Part shown: piece after piece, positions 16,551 to 32,804 of the stretch | How the letters are laid out: each line of letters starts with the position of its first letter | How positions within the stretch are numbered: the stretch's first letter is position 1 | NCBI RefSeq assembly: GCF_009914755.1 | Contig: NC_060934.1 | Source of the DNA: the human T2T-CHM13v2.0 reference genome, Homo sapiens | Length of the DNA: 64,000 nucleotides | Direction: 5' to 3' (one strand) | Program-made: the position numbers and the translations under genes | The notes under the pieces: generated by a model | What the model saw: the letters and a program-made list of their open reading frames with translations, nothing else | Told to the model about the DNA's origin: nothing | The model's database searches: none

Positions 16551-17044
16551 ATGACCAAAAAATAAAAAAATTTAAAAAAAGAATGAATAATTCTTCTACA
16601 GAGGAAATGAACTATGAAAGTGTGTAGCAGAGAACTGAACTGGTAATAGTAATATGCTTCGTTCATCCAACCACATTTATTGAGCACCTACAAGGAATCA
16701 GGCGGTCAGCAGAGGGACTAGAATAATAGATGCTCATATAGGGGAGGAACAGTTCTGCCTGGGAAGGCAGCGCAGGTCTGCCTTGCTTTTGTCTGTCTTT
16801 GTATGCAGCCATAGAGGTGGTGCTGATCCATTACATGAACTGGTTCAAATGTGTGTGTGAATTGTGTCCTGAGCTCCTCTCTGTGCTTGTCTTGGGGAGG
16901 AGTTGAGGGTGACAAAGAAGGAGCAGTTCTTGACCCTGAGAACTTGGAGTTTGTGCTGTCAGTATCATCACCACCATCATTATTATCAGGAACACACTGC
17001 AATGGATACCTTGATATCCATAACAATCCCTTGCATTTCTGAAG

Positions 17045-17140
17045 TGTTATTGGTCAGGGTTCTCCAGAGAAATAGAACCAGTAGGAGATACAGACATGAA
17101 TGGATGGCTAGAGAGATGATAGATAGGTAGAGAGATAGAT

Positions 17141-17186
<46 letters not shown>

Positions 17187-17614
17187 GGAAGCGATTTATT
17201 GTGGGACTTGGCACATATAATTATGGAAGTCAAGAAGTCCCACAATCTGCTGTCTGCAAGCTAGAGAATCAGGAAAGCTGGTGATGTCACTTGGTCTGAG
17301 TCCAAAGGTCTGAGAGTCAGACAGCTAATGTGTAAGTCCTGGTCTGAGTCCGAAAGTCCGAAAACAAAGAGCTCCAATGTCCAAGGGCAGGAGAAGTTTG
17401 ATGGCCCAGCTCAAGAAGAGAGTGATATCCCTTCTTCTGCCTTTTTGTTCTATTCAGGCCATGTATTACATGATGCCATCTTCTTTACTCAGTCTACTGA
17501 TTCAAATAGTCAAGCTTTTTGGAAACACTTTCACAGACACTCCTAGAAATAATGTTTTACAAGCTATCTGGGTATCCCTTAGCCCAGTCACGTTGACACA
17601 TAAAATTAACCATC
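17045..17614 (-). mobile_element. MLT2 (ERVL) LTR with an internal (GATA)n tract
   Basis: cagggttctccagagaaatagaacca..ttgacacataaaattaaccatc. Confidence 0.85.
17115..17186. repeat. (GATA)n tetranucleotide STR
   Basis: ~11 contiguous gata units plus degenerate units. Confidence 0.95.
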
Positions 17615-17849
17615 TCGTGAAGGGATTGTGGGTTCCAAAGCTCATTCACACTCCTTAGCTCACATGAAGCTCATCTCCAACCTCCAGGGCAGGAGGGTAA
17701 GCATCCCCCACACTCCCATTTTACAGATGCAGAAACTGAGCTCAGAGAGTTTAAACCAAGGGCATCCCCCAGATGGGAGAGCTAAGCATGGCCTCCAGAC
17801 TCTGCACTGGCCCGTGCCTGGAGGGTTTTTTTTTAATTCTCCAGTTTTA

Positions 17850-18770
17850 ACATCACCAATCATCAGAAAAATGCAAATTAAAACCACAATGAGATATCAT
17901 CTTACACCAATCAGAATGGCTATGATTAAGAAGACAAAAAATAACAGAGGTTGGCAAAGACGCAGAGAAAAGGGAACGTTTATACCCTGACAGTGGGAAT
18001 GTAAATTAATACAACCTCTATGAAAAATAATATGCAGATTTCTCAGAGAACTAAAAAAATAACAACCATTCCATCCAGCAATCCCACTACTGGGTATCTC
18101 CTCAAAGGAAAAGAAATCATTATATCAAAATGATACCTGCACTCTTCTGTTTATCACAGCACTATTCACAATAAGAAAGATACAGAATCAACGTAAGTGT
18201 CCATCAACAGAGGACTGGATTTTTTTTTAACGTGATATTATATACAGTATATATATATATCGTGTATATATATACACGTTATATATGTATATATACATGT
18301 ATGTATATATGTCATTATATATACATGTATATATATCATGTTATATATATCATGTATATATATCATGTTATATATATATCACATATATATGATATATGAT
18401 ATATATATACACACACACAGTGGAATACTACTCAGCCATAAAGAAGGAATGAAATCCTGTCTTTTGCAGCAACATGGATGGCTTATTATCTTAAGTGAAA
18501 TAAGCCAGGCACAGACAAATACCACATGCTGTCACTCATAAATGGGAGCTAAACAATGTGTACCCATGGAAGGAGAGTGTGGAATGATGGACAATGGGGA
18601 CTCAGAGAGGTGGAGGGGGTGGGAGTGGATGGATGCTGGGAGGTTGCTTGGTGGGTGCAATGTGCATTGCTCCAATGATGGAGGTACTGAAGGCACTCAC
18701 TTCACCACAATGCAATATGTCAATGTAGCAAAACTGCACTTGTACCCCATTAATATATACAAATAATTTT
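17850..18770 (+). mobile_element. L1 3' end (L1PB-like) with TA-rich tract at 18235-18420
   Basis: atgcaaattaaaaccacaatgagatatcatct (ORF2 C-terminus MQIKTTMRYHLTP) and L1 3' UTR. Confidence 0.88.
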
Positions 18771-18879
18771 TTTAATTAAAAACTTCTTTAGTTCCTTTTC
18801 TACCAAATTCCTGTGTCTTCCTGCCATCTGTCAATCCTGACTTCCCTTTAGGGCCATCCATTTAGAAATAAACAGATAA

Positions 18880-19160
18880 GGCCAGGCATGGTGGCTCATG
18901 CCTGTAATACCAACACTTTGGGAGGCTAAGGCGGGTTGATTACCTGAGGTCAGGAGTTCGAGACCAGACTAGCCAACATGGTGAAACCCCATCTCTATTA
19001 AAAATACAAAAATTAGTTAGGCGTGGTGGCACATGCCCGTGATCCCAGCTACTTGGGAGGCGGAGGCAAGAGAATCGCTTGAACCCGGGAGGCGGAGATT
19101 GCCCTTCAGCGTAGGTGACAAGAGCGAAACTCCATCTCAGAAGAAAAAAAGAAAAAGAAA
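18880..19160 (+). mobile_element. AluS-like with ~24-bp deletion in right arm
   Basis: ggcggag|attgc junction lacks gttgcagtgagccgagatc. Confidence 0.92.
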
Positions 19161-19169
19161 GCAATGGAT

Positions 19170-19395
19170 AAAGTCACTGAGCACCCCTGTGCCAGGTACC
19201 ATGCAAAGCACTCACACGTGCTAGCTCAGGTCATCTTCCCAACACTCTACAAGTGAGGTAGAATTATTATCGTCTTCACCTTACAGATAGGGATAAACAG
19301 CTTAGGAAGTGACAGTGACTTTCTCAAGGTCACAGAGCAAGTAAGTAAGCTGTGGAGAAGAAACTGACCCCCCATCAGTCTGACTTGAAACCAAC
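19170..19395 (-). mobile_element. MIR
   Basis: gtgccagg..ttacagatagg..aaggtcacagagcaagtaagt. Confidence 0.7.
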
Positions 19396-19539
19396 TTGGG
19401 TACTGCTGCCCATGGATGCCCCTTCTCCACCCCAGCTCTTGCCGTGGGAGCCTTTGTCCCCAAAATGCTGGACTGAGATGGACGCTCAGTGACCCGGATT
19501 AGGGTGCTCTGCCCTTGCCTAGGATGAGGTGAATATTCA

Positions 19540-20420
19540 CTATCATGACCAGCTTGGGGAAATCGGGCCTCGCTGACGTCATCAATTATGCATGGTCCTG
19601 GGCTAAGCCCTTGCGCTGTGGGACTTGGGGAAAGGTGCTTCCAGGGAGAGGGCAGCAGCGCGTTGAGTCACTTGCCTCTTGTTTAACTCTTTCCCTGCTG
19701 CCTCGACTCTGGAGGCGGGGTTTGGGCCTGGGGTTCCGTTTTGGGCGTCTCTGACAGGGCTTGTGTAGAGTAAGCCGGGTTTCCACCCCAGTCCGCTCCC
19801 TCCACTTCAGGCCTCATTAGTGCCCGCAGCTCGGATTTACACAGATGTAAATCTGGCCATTAGCACCTCACGCTCTGGCAAGGAGGTGTGGCCAAAGGGA
19901 ATTTAAGGGCAGCAGGGGGTGGGGGTGGGGAGCAAACTTTGAGCCCAACTTAATGTTTAACTTCTCGGACAATGGGATTGTCAGGCTTCCCCATCTCTAT
20001 TCCAGGCAGTTTCTTGGGGAAAGGGTCGATAAATACCCACAGATAACAGACGACGCTGGGTGGGTGGCAGGAAATGGATCGCTAAATTATACATCAGATG
20101 CAAGGTAGCTAGGTCGGGCCAATGGGAAGCAACTTCTCCAGGGAAAAGCTTCCAGAGCCCCCAGTTCTCTCCCTAACCACACTTTAGCTTTCCTTTGTCT
20201 GGAAAGAGAAGCCACTAAATGCCTCTTACCCCAGTGTTAACTCTTTGTTAGGAGGGAATCTGAAGGGAAGATAATTCCAGGAGCGGGGAAGAATGAGAAA
20301 GAGAGAAAGAGAAACAGACCCATTTCTGGTAAATAATTAACACCAAAAAATGTTTCCCTAAAAAAAAAATGCCCAGCAGAACTTTCAACTTCTCCAATTT
20401 GGGAAGTCAAAAGTTTAACT
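19540..20420. promoter_or_regulatory. Candidate enhancer/promoter-like unique region
   Basis: CRE TGACGTCA 19574-19581, AP-1 TGAGTCA 19664-19670, GC-box 19711-19720, GGCCAATGGG ~20118; locally more CpG. Confidence 0.5.
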
Positions 20421-20846
20421 GGGCGCCAGGCGGCTGATGCCAAGACAGGCCTCCAGCTATGTAACACTGGCCATGCCTGAGCTTGGCTCTGGACCTCTCC
20501 TTCCTGAGGAGATGTGGCATCTGGGTGACAGCAGTAGAGGGCCTCTAGCTTTCTTCCGGAGCCGCAGGCAGGGAGGCAGAAGCCTGGGGTCTGTCATCCT
20601 GGGTGTTTGGAATCCCCCCACAGGGCTTCACAGAAGCACAAGTATGTCATCAGGCTGATCTCAAGTCGAGACATAAGTAGCATCAGTTTGGGAATCACAC
20701 CTGGGTCTCCATTCCGGCTTGGTAGTTACCTGCTGTGTGACTTCACACAGTTACTTAACCTCTCTGAACCAGTTTACTTAGCTATAAAATGGAGTCAACA
20801 AAACTGCTTTGGGAGAGTTGTTGCCAGGATTAGACACAGTACATGT

Positions 20847-21063
20847 CAGGGGTCAGCAAACTATGGCGTGTGGGCCAAATCTAGCAGGTGCCTGTTTTTG
20901 TCTCTTTATATAAAGTTTTTAAAACAGCCACCCCCTTTGAATGACTGATTGTCCATGGCTGTTTGCATGCTACAACAGTGGAGCTGAGTAGCAGAGGCCC
21001 TGCAGCTCTCAAAGCCTAAGGTATTTACCTGTTAGACCTTTGCAGAAAATGTGGCTGACCCTG
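20847..21063 (+). mobile_element. MER58A (hAT-Charlie)
   Basis: caggggtcagcaaactatggc..gcagaaaatgtggctgaccctg. Confidence 0.85.
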
Positions 21064-21429
21064 GGATATGTAAAGATGTAGCTTGGTGCTTCAGAAAAGT
21101 TCAAAATGTGGAGGAAGCAGTGGTTAGTGTCATTAATATCATCCCAGGCTATTCCACATCTTGTCCTTCATTCTTTAATCTGGAAAGTGTGACTCTTGCG
21201 TCCCTTGTGTATTTTGCTACTCATAGATCCTGCCTCCACTCACACTCTAAGTGCTGGTAATTACATTTGGGACAGGGGCTTTTCTATGCTCCTGAGTGTG
21301 CAGGAGATGCTAATGACAGCACCTCTTGCCCTTGTTAGGACTAGACAGGCCTCCACCCTAGGTGACAACCTATCTTTGACCCCTACTCTTCTCACCAGCC
21401 TACCCAGTCCACCTCCAAGGTCTGTGGAC

Positions 21430-21761
<332 letters not shown>

Positions 21762-21849
21762 TAACTCCTTCACTGGGCTTAAGTGATTGGTGTCACAGAA
21801 GGAAAATGAGTTTTGGCATTAAACACGCTAGCATTTGTTTTTGGTTTTG

Positions 21850-22147
<298 letters not shown>

Positions 22148-22219
22148 TAGACCTGCATTTGAATCCCAGTTTGGCTCCTTCTCCTCTCAGCAAGACCCTG
22201 GGCAGGTATGACCTTGATC

Positions 22220-22615
22220 AAACACGCCCCATATTCCCCTGGCTCACCTTCAAGGTCACCCGCCATTCCCTGTGCCTGCTGACAGTCTCCACCCTCAAGT
22301 GCCCAGGGTCTCCCCTTGGTTCCAAGAGAACTTGCTCAATCTTGAGTAGGGCAAGCAGAGTGCCCTAGATTTAACCCCTCCAGAGAAGGCATCCCCCAAA
22401 GAGGGCCAGAGGCTGTTGGCTAAGCATCTCAGCTTCCTCGTCCCTTTGGGGACAAGAGATGACACAAAGCACTGGTTCCTCGGAAGGCCCCCAGCAGGAT
22501 GAAGCCTCAGTTGTCCATAACAGCACCTGCAATGTCTCTTCCTTCCCTGCTCCCTTACTGGTGCTTCCTGGGATCGCCTCCTGAATAAACTACCTGCTCC
22601 CAAATCCTCCCAAAT
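22220..22615 (+). mobile_element. ERVL LTR (LTR16/33-like) within a MIR
   Basis: 3' motif ttcctgggatcgcctcctgaataaactacctgc. Confidence 0.5.
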
Positions 22616-23241
22616 GCTAAGCTCTATAAGCCTCAGTTTTCCCAATGGTAAAAGGGGTCTGGCAACATCCACCTCATAGGGTTGTTAATGAGTGAGACTA
22701 TGTAATAATCCTTGCAGTGGAAAAATCCAGAGGTGCATCTGCTCTCTCCCTGAGCCCTTGTCTACTATGTGCTCTATGGAATGAGGTGGGTGTTTATGAA
22801 GTCTCATAATGTCATGACCACCATGGGTTAGTAGCCAGTGCACAAAGGCTAAGGTTTGGAGAATATGAGTTATATGCTTGCATCAGTACTTAGGTTCTTA
22901 CTGGGGCTCCCGTGACAAATGAAAAATGGCTACTATAGAAAAGAAAGGAAATGGAAGTCTCCATCTTGGTGAGAAGACAAATACACTATTCATTTGTCAG
23001 AAAGATTTCAGGTCCTTTCAGAAGTAGCATGAAAGAGCAGAGAGTTTGAATCTTGGCCCCACCACCTAAAATAGCTGTGTAAATGTGAACAATTTACTTG
23101 ATCTTGCTGAGCCTGTTTTCTGTATTGCAAAATTGTAATGAGAATTTAAATAATATCAGTAACCCCTTTGAGTAGAGGCAGTTCTATTGTGGGTAAGAAA
23201 CGAATGATACGGTCTTTGCTTTCCAAGATCTTAGAATCTCA

Positions 23242-23569
<328 letters not shown>

Positions 23570-23722
23570 TCAGACACAGGAATAGCAGAAGCAGAGCATG
23601 ACTGGATCCTTGGCCAGCAATATTTACTGAGCACCTACTATGCACTAGACATTGAAATGCAGGTGCTTGCTAGAAGTGGTCACAGGAGACTCTCCCTCTA
23701 CCAGTATTCATCTTATAAGCCA

Positions 23723-23905
23723 CCTTTCCTTCCTTCCTTCCTTCCTTCCTTCCTTCCTTCCTTCCTTCCTTCTTTCTTTTCTTCCTTCCTTCCCTTCTTT
23801 CCTTCTTCTTCCCTCCCTCCTTTCCTTCCTTTTCCTCTTCCTCCCTGTCTCCCTCCTTCCCTTCCTTCCTCACTTCTGTCTTCTCTTTCTTTTTCTCTTC
23901 TTTTC
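23723..23905. repeat. Polypyrimidine tract with (TTCC)11
   Basis: Perfect TTCC units at 23726-23769, then degenerate CT-rich sequence. Confidence 0.95.
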
Positions 23906-24165
23906 ACCCATATTGTTTCATTCCTTCCTCTCTAAATCTGTTTTTCCCTCCTTCTCTGTCAGCACCATAGACCTCCAACCAGCGATGTTACTTGATCTCA
24001 GGGGAGCTGCAGGTCCAGACAATCCCAAGCCCTGGAGATCCCATCCATCCTTCAGGGTAAACTGGGAGCATCTTCTTCCACCCCCAGAGTATTTGAATTT
24101 GAATGGAAGGAGGAGCATCATAATCACTGAATGCATCAAATATCTCTGAGTCCCATTATATGTAA

Positions 24166-24868
<703 letters not shown>

Positions 24869-25307
24869 AAGTTTTCAGGAATTTCTGAAGTGGCTGATGT
24901 CACATTGGTAGCTTGAAGTCAGCCATGATGGGACTATTTACACTACCGAAATTGGCAACTGCTACAAATCAGAAATGTATTTCCTCAGAGAGCCAGTTGT
25001 TAAACATTTACCAGCACACCACTGCATAAAATATAGGTTATACAAGAGAGACAGAGATGTGTAGAAACACACCCTGCCTTCAAGGAGCTACATAGGAGGC
25101 GAGATGATAACGATGTTGAGAATGTTGCTGATTTATAGCCAGGAAATGAAAGTTCAAGTTTCAGCTGAGTCACCCAGGGCAGGTCATTTTCTTTCTCTGG
25201 AACTCAGATTTCTGTTAAATGGGAATTATGGTAATATCTCCCTGCCTTTTTCACTGGGTTTTTGGGGAATTCACCAAAAATGATACACATGAAAGAAAAC
25301 CCATTGG

Positions 25308-25611
25308 GGCCAGGCGCGATGGTTCATGCCTGTAATCCCAGCACTTTGAAAGGCTGAGGCGGGTGAATCACATGAGGTCAGGAGTTTGAGACCAGCCTAG
25401 CCAACATGGTGAAACCCCATCTCTACTAAAAATACAAAAAAATAACCAGGTGTAGTGGCATGCATCTGTAATCCCAGCTACTCAGGAGGCTGAGGCACAG
25501 GAATCGCTTGAACCTGGGAGGGAGAGGTTGCAGTGAGCTGAGATGGCACCACTGCACTCCAGACTGGGCAACAGAGTGAGACTGTGCCAAAAAAAAAAAA
25601 AAAAAAAAAAA
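25308..25611 (+). mobile_element. AluS-like flanked by an ~87-bp direct duplication
   Basis: Full dimer; 25222-25308 resembles 25631-25716. Confidence 0.95.
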
Positions 25612-26192
25612 GGCGGGGGGGGGTGGGTGTGGAATTATGTAACATCTCTCTGCCTTTCTCACTGGGTTATTAGGGAATTCACCAAAAATGATACATATGA
25701 AAGAAATCCCATTGGGATCTATACTGAGCTGTTCCAATCATAGAAACATCCAGAAGGAACAAGACTTCACCTGAGTGCCCCCAAGAAGGGATTTAACTAC
25801 ACACAGGACCACCCTGATGAACTATTAGAAGCCAAGAGAAGCAAAAATTGAGTTTTATGTCCCCTGGTTAGACTAGAAGCAGCTTGACAGCCGGGCCCTG
25901 TCTGCTATTTCTTTGTGCCCTTCACCAAGTATAACACAGGATTGTGATCCTAAGGAATAAACAGGTGGTTCAGGGAGGAGGCCTGGGGGCACCTGTGGTG
26001 AGTCTACCCGCAAAGGCTGTGCTATGAATGGAGGCAGAGATAGTTCTGTCTTTTCCAATCTACTGCAAAGAGGCTGTTGGGGCTGTGTGCAGGTATCTGA
26101 ATGATGAAATGGAATGTCCTTGATGGATAAGGAGCAATAACTATTGCAAGCACATGACTTGGATTGGGATCTTTTTTAAAAATGTTAATCTA

Positions 26193-26492
<300 letters not shown>

Positions 26493-27129
26493 TTAACCTA
26501 AAGAACAAGGTAAGGGTGACTCGCTTTGTAGCCTGGGGGCTTCTCCTTGGGCAACTGGTGGAGCATCATCCTGAAGGTTTCCTCGTCAGCCAGTTGTCCC
26601 ACTCACATTCTCCCAGCATCCCAGCCTTACCTCCTGCACCCTCCCTGTTATTCTTCCTCCCTCCATGACAGTCCAAGGCATTTACACTTGGAGCCACCCA
26701 CTCTGTGCGTAATTATAGGAAAGTATTTGTATCTTTTTCTCTAATGATTTAATGGTCTGTCTTCCCAACCACACTGTAAAACCCTGGAGGGCATAGAATA
26801 TTGTCAATTGTATCTGTTTCTCGTGTGCTTCTTATTAGTACCCTGGAAGTGCTCAGTACATCATATGAGCCAGAGTGCTGGCCAGGAATGAGACCACGCT
26901 TTGCCTGTTGGTCACCGCATCTCCAGGGAACTCAGAGGCATCTCCAGGAAACACCTGAATATGTGAGCTGGTTCCTTACAACAGTCCAATGAAGCAGAGG
27001 TGTGAGCAGATCCTTTTTACAGCTAAGGAAACTGAGGCACAAAGAGGTTGACAGCACACTTGCCCCAAAGCGCAGGTAAGCAGCAAAGCCAGAATGCAAA
27101 GTTTGGTCTATCTTAAAAACCCATGCTCT

Positions 27130-27442
<313 letters not shown>

Positions 27443-28423
27443 CTATGTTATTAGGCAACACTGAGGAAAAGCTGTGAGTTTACTGAGTGAGTAGTACTAT
27501 GGTGTTATCCCAACTTAGCCAATTGAAGAACCGAGGCAGTCAGTGGTTAAGACAACCTGCCCACGTTGTTGCAGGCACCCGGGACCTGCTGGGAAGGTCT
27601 TGGATGGTAGATCTCTGCAGAGAGTGTGAACTGCCAAGGGCTGCTGGGTCTAGAAGAGAGGGCCTGGAAGGTGTTGGAGTCTCGGATGAACAGCTCTCTA
27701 GTAAGGGCAGACAAGATGATGGTAGAAAGACTTTAGGCTCTGAAGGGTGCCTCCGTCCTCTTTGTAGGTTTGCCCTTAAACCCAGTGTGACTCGGTGCAA
27801 ACCTCCATTTCAGGTCTGTTTTCCTTTCTTCCTTCCCTTTTGCTCATCCTCGTGCAGAGCCCAGGGTATTTTTGGTGTTTTGTTTTTTCACTTTCCCTCC
27901 TGCACTGTGTGACTGCGGCAGAATGTTCCGGGAACATCTAGTTAGAGATCACTTCGTGTGCTCCAAGGCCTGGGGACATGCTGTCCTCCTGGCCAGGCGG
28001 CCGCCAGGAACTGTTAATATGGCAGCAGCACTGGCCTCCCGGGGCTAAGGAGGCACTGAATGGGCCTGGCTCAGTCCCTCAGGACTACCCTGGAGGCTCT
28101 GTAGGCAGACCAGACACCAGGGTTACGTGGGGACTGCAAAACCCAGAGCAGGGGCCAAAGCTGAGATGAAGGCCAAAGCTCTGCCTTCAGATTCCACTTC
28201 TTCCCCAGCCAAAGTCAGCCCTGGGCTTCTCCTCAGCCTTCAGAAACAGCCACTGAGGCTCGACCAACTCTGGTGGCCTAGAACGTCTCAATCTGGTCCT
28301 CCTTGCAAGTGGCACTCTGCAGACCCACCAAGCTGGCATTCAGAGCTGCATTCCCAATAGAGACACCTCTCATCTCTTGATATTTCTAACCTGCCAGGCA
28401 CTGTGCCAAGTACTTCCTATATA

Positions 28424-28835
28424 AGATTGCCAGATAAGGCTGGATGTGCTGGTTCATGCCTGTAATCCCAGCACTTTGGGAGGCCGAGGTGGGCGGATCA
28501 CCTGAGGTCAGGAGTTCGAGACCAGCCTGACCAACGTGGAGAAACCGTGTCTCTACTAAAAAATAAAAATCAGCCGGGCATGGTGGCACATGCCTGTAAT
28601 CCCAGCTACTCAGGAGACTGAGGCAGGAGAATCTCTGGAACCCAGGAAGTGGAGGTTACAGCGAACTGAGATAGCACCATTGCACTCCAGCCTGGGCAAC
28701 AAGAGCGAGACTCTCTCTCAAAAAAAAAAAAAAAAACAGTTGCCAGATAAGATTCAGGACGTCCGTTCAATTTGATTTTTTTTAGTGTAAGCATGTCCCA
28801 TGCAATATCATGTCCTGTGCAATATCTGGAACACA
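28424..28835. mobile_element. MER53-like MITE split by an Alu
   Basis: ttgccagataag..caggacgtcc..ttttttagtgtaagcatgtccca..atctgg. Confidence 0.65.
28438..28736 (+). mobile_element. AluSp/Sq-like
   Basis: gggcaacaagagcga; TSD ttgccagataag. Confidence 0.94.
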
Positions 28836-29656
28836 CATAACTATAGCCAATCACTGTTACTAACACAGCTTTTTTTTCCTCCTTAAGAGGTAACTTAGTC
28901 ACAGAGCTTCCAAGCAACGGAGCCAGGATTTGAACCCACAGAATTCTGACTCCAGAGTCTATGCTACAACCACTGTGCTATGTGGCCTCAAGGGTAGCCA
29001 TATGTCATGATTAAGCCTGAAGTCTCTGAAGTCAGCCTGAAGTAACCGAACCTCTCTGCCTGAGTTTCCTCCTCTGTAATAGGGACAACAGTAGTGTCTG
29101 CCTCGAAGAGATGAGGACTGAATGAGTTCATACAGGTCGAGGACTTAGAACTATGCCTCTGACTTCTCATGCGTGGGATGCAGCGAAGTTAAGTTGGATC
29201 CACAGAGGTTTGGGTGAGAACTGGGATTAGTACCCAGAGGTACTCGTTTCCTGGTCCGATACTTACTGCCTTGTTAAAGGCACCATGAGCCAATACTTTT
29301 GTGGGGGCAGATGAGAAGGTACAAACTGCCTCTCAGTGAGGGGAAACAGGTCACATCTTTTCCGTCTCCCTTTTCCCCCTGGGCATGGGCTGTGTCTTTG
29401 TGTGTACAGAGCTAAAATTTTAAATTTGAAATAACCCACTGGGCACAGGCACAGCCAATCAGAAGGGACGCCGGCCATAGTGCTGGAGTGGGGTTCGGAT
29501 GGTCCCTCCCCAGAACCCAAGTATTAAGCCCTGTGATACTCAGGAGGTCTAGGGGAAGCGGGGCCCAGGCGGAGGGGCCAGGGCAGGAAGGAACCCTCAG
29601 GGAGCTCAGAGCAGTGGTTCTTTGTTAATCAGGACAGACACATTTCCTTTATTTTA

Positions 29657-29976
<320 letters not shown>

Positions 29977-30239
29977 AAGAGAGGGACATTTCAATATCTT
30001 GACAGCCAGCACAGCCATAACCATATGTGTTGGTGAACTTCAGACCCACGTATCAAGCTTCAGGAAATAGACTGTCTCCATCCACTAGAGAAAGAAAGGT
30101 TGAGGGATAATGTGTTTGAGCCACGCTTGGTTGAATCCCCTCTCACTATGGAACAGTGTGGCAGTCATAACTGTCTGTCATTAAACAGTCAGATAGGCAG
30201 GGGTCAGTTCCTGTCAATCGTAACAGGACTTCGCTGTCA

Positions 30240-30553
<314 letters not shown>

Positions 30554-30693
30554 TCTGATACCATATCGTTAGCCCACGTTATGGTGATTTCAACAGGAAG
30601 AATACTTCTAAAACGTTTTTAGAAAAAGCCCTAGACTGGACATCAGGGGGCTTAGATGCTAGTCCAGTTATGTTCCTAACTGTGAGACGTTGA

Positions 30694-31057
<364 letters not shown>

Positions 31058-31084
31058 TGAAAAGAAAGAACTGGGGAATGGATT

Positions 31085-31620
31085 AGTCATGACTCATTTC
31101 GTTGCAAATGATAGACAATCAACTCAAACAGGCTAAAGCCCAAAACTGGACGTATCTGTTCACATAACTGAAAAGTTCAGAGATTATATTAGTTTCAGGT
31201 GTAGCTGGATCCAGGGGCTCAAAGAAAGTTTCCATGATTTGGCCTCATCCTCACACTTTCACAGTCAGTTATGCCCACTTTATATGGTGACTCCAGTAGC
31301 TTAGCCCGACATTATCCTTACAGCTAGCACCATCAGAAATAGACCTCCTCTATTCAATAGGTCCATCCAAAATATTATCTTTGGACTGATAGGAGTCATG
31401 TGTCCATCCTAAATGAATCACTAAGGCTGGAGGGATAGAATATGCCCATTGTCCAGGTCTGGGTTACATGTCCACCCTTTGGAGCCAGGAGCAGGTTAGC
31501 CCCATCCAAAGATCTGAGAGTACAAGAGCATTGGTCTCCCAAAGATGAATCAGGGTGCTGTGAGACAAGGAAGAGAGAAAGGATGCTGATGCTGGGACGC
31601 CATGGCAGGTGTCTACCACA
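31085..31620 (-). mobile_element. MLT1K/L-like LTR
   Basis: gttgcaaatgatagac..tcaggtgtagctggatccaggggctcaa..gtctaccaca. Confidence 0.7.
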
Positions 31621-31649
31621 ACTGGCTCTCAGGTGGCTCCTAGTTCTAA

Positions 31650-31982
<333 letters not shown>

Positions 31983-32804
31983 TGACCTTGTAAAAAGTCA
32001 AAAAAGGCCCCTCTTCAGTAGCATGGATGGAAGACATTCTGCATCTTCCTTCCCAAACAGTGTGGGTCTCCAGGCAAAGAATTAATCATTATAAATGGTG
32101 GGGGGGACGCACAGCATCAGCATCTATTGCCATCTGAGCAGCCCACATTGTCACTCATAGAGCAACAACATTTGCTCTTCTCCCTTCCCAGAAGCATTTA
32201 CCCTAAAGAATCCTCTGGTCCTTAAATCAAGCTCCAGGCTGATTTGTATGCTGTAATGGTGATACACACCATCTGGTTACAACCAGGTCCCAATGCCAAA
32301 TGGTGAACTTGTCTGAGAAAGTGCAGTTTTGTGAACAACAGTAGAAGGAAAAATGTGAATAAAGGGCAGTTTGCTGAACAGAGGTTAAATACTTTCATAC
32401 GGCTCAGCTAACCCAAAAACTTCCCTGAATTCTCATTTTAAAAAAAATAATAATCTGATTTTTTAACCTCATTAAATGCTGCACTTTGAGAAGCAAGACA
32501 AGGACTGAGTTGAAAATTGGCACCTGGTTCAGGTCACTGAGCTGTAATTCTGTCTTTGCCTTGCCTGGTTTCTCTGTAGGGGAGGGCTCTGCAGAGTGAC
32601 AGGAAATTGGGCAGGGGTTGAGATTTCCTAGAGCCTCTTCGAAGCCTTTTCCTCTCCCAGCCCCAATCCACAAAGCTGATTCTAGTTCCTTCCTCCATAA
32701 CTCTCCACTGTGCCCAGGCCCATTCCTTTCCCCCACTGCCTTTGGGGGACAGGCCGCCATGTCGGTTCTTGAATCCTGGCTAAAACATTGAGAAGTCCTG
32801 AAGC

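Noticed and set aside
17628-17990. ORF containing MQIKTTMRYHLTPIRMA
   Set aside because: Genuine L1 ORF2 C-terminal remnant, but truncated and dead; counted under the L1 feature.
27997-28004. NotI site / possible CpG island
   Set aside because: Isolated; surrounding CpG density is too low for an island.
32753-32791. Strong Kozak-like context GCCGCCATG
   Set aside because: Frame closes after 10 codons; better read as a YY1-type motif or chance.
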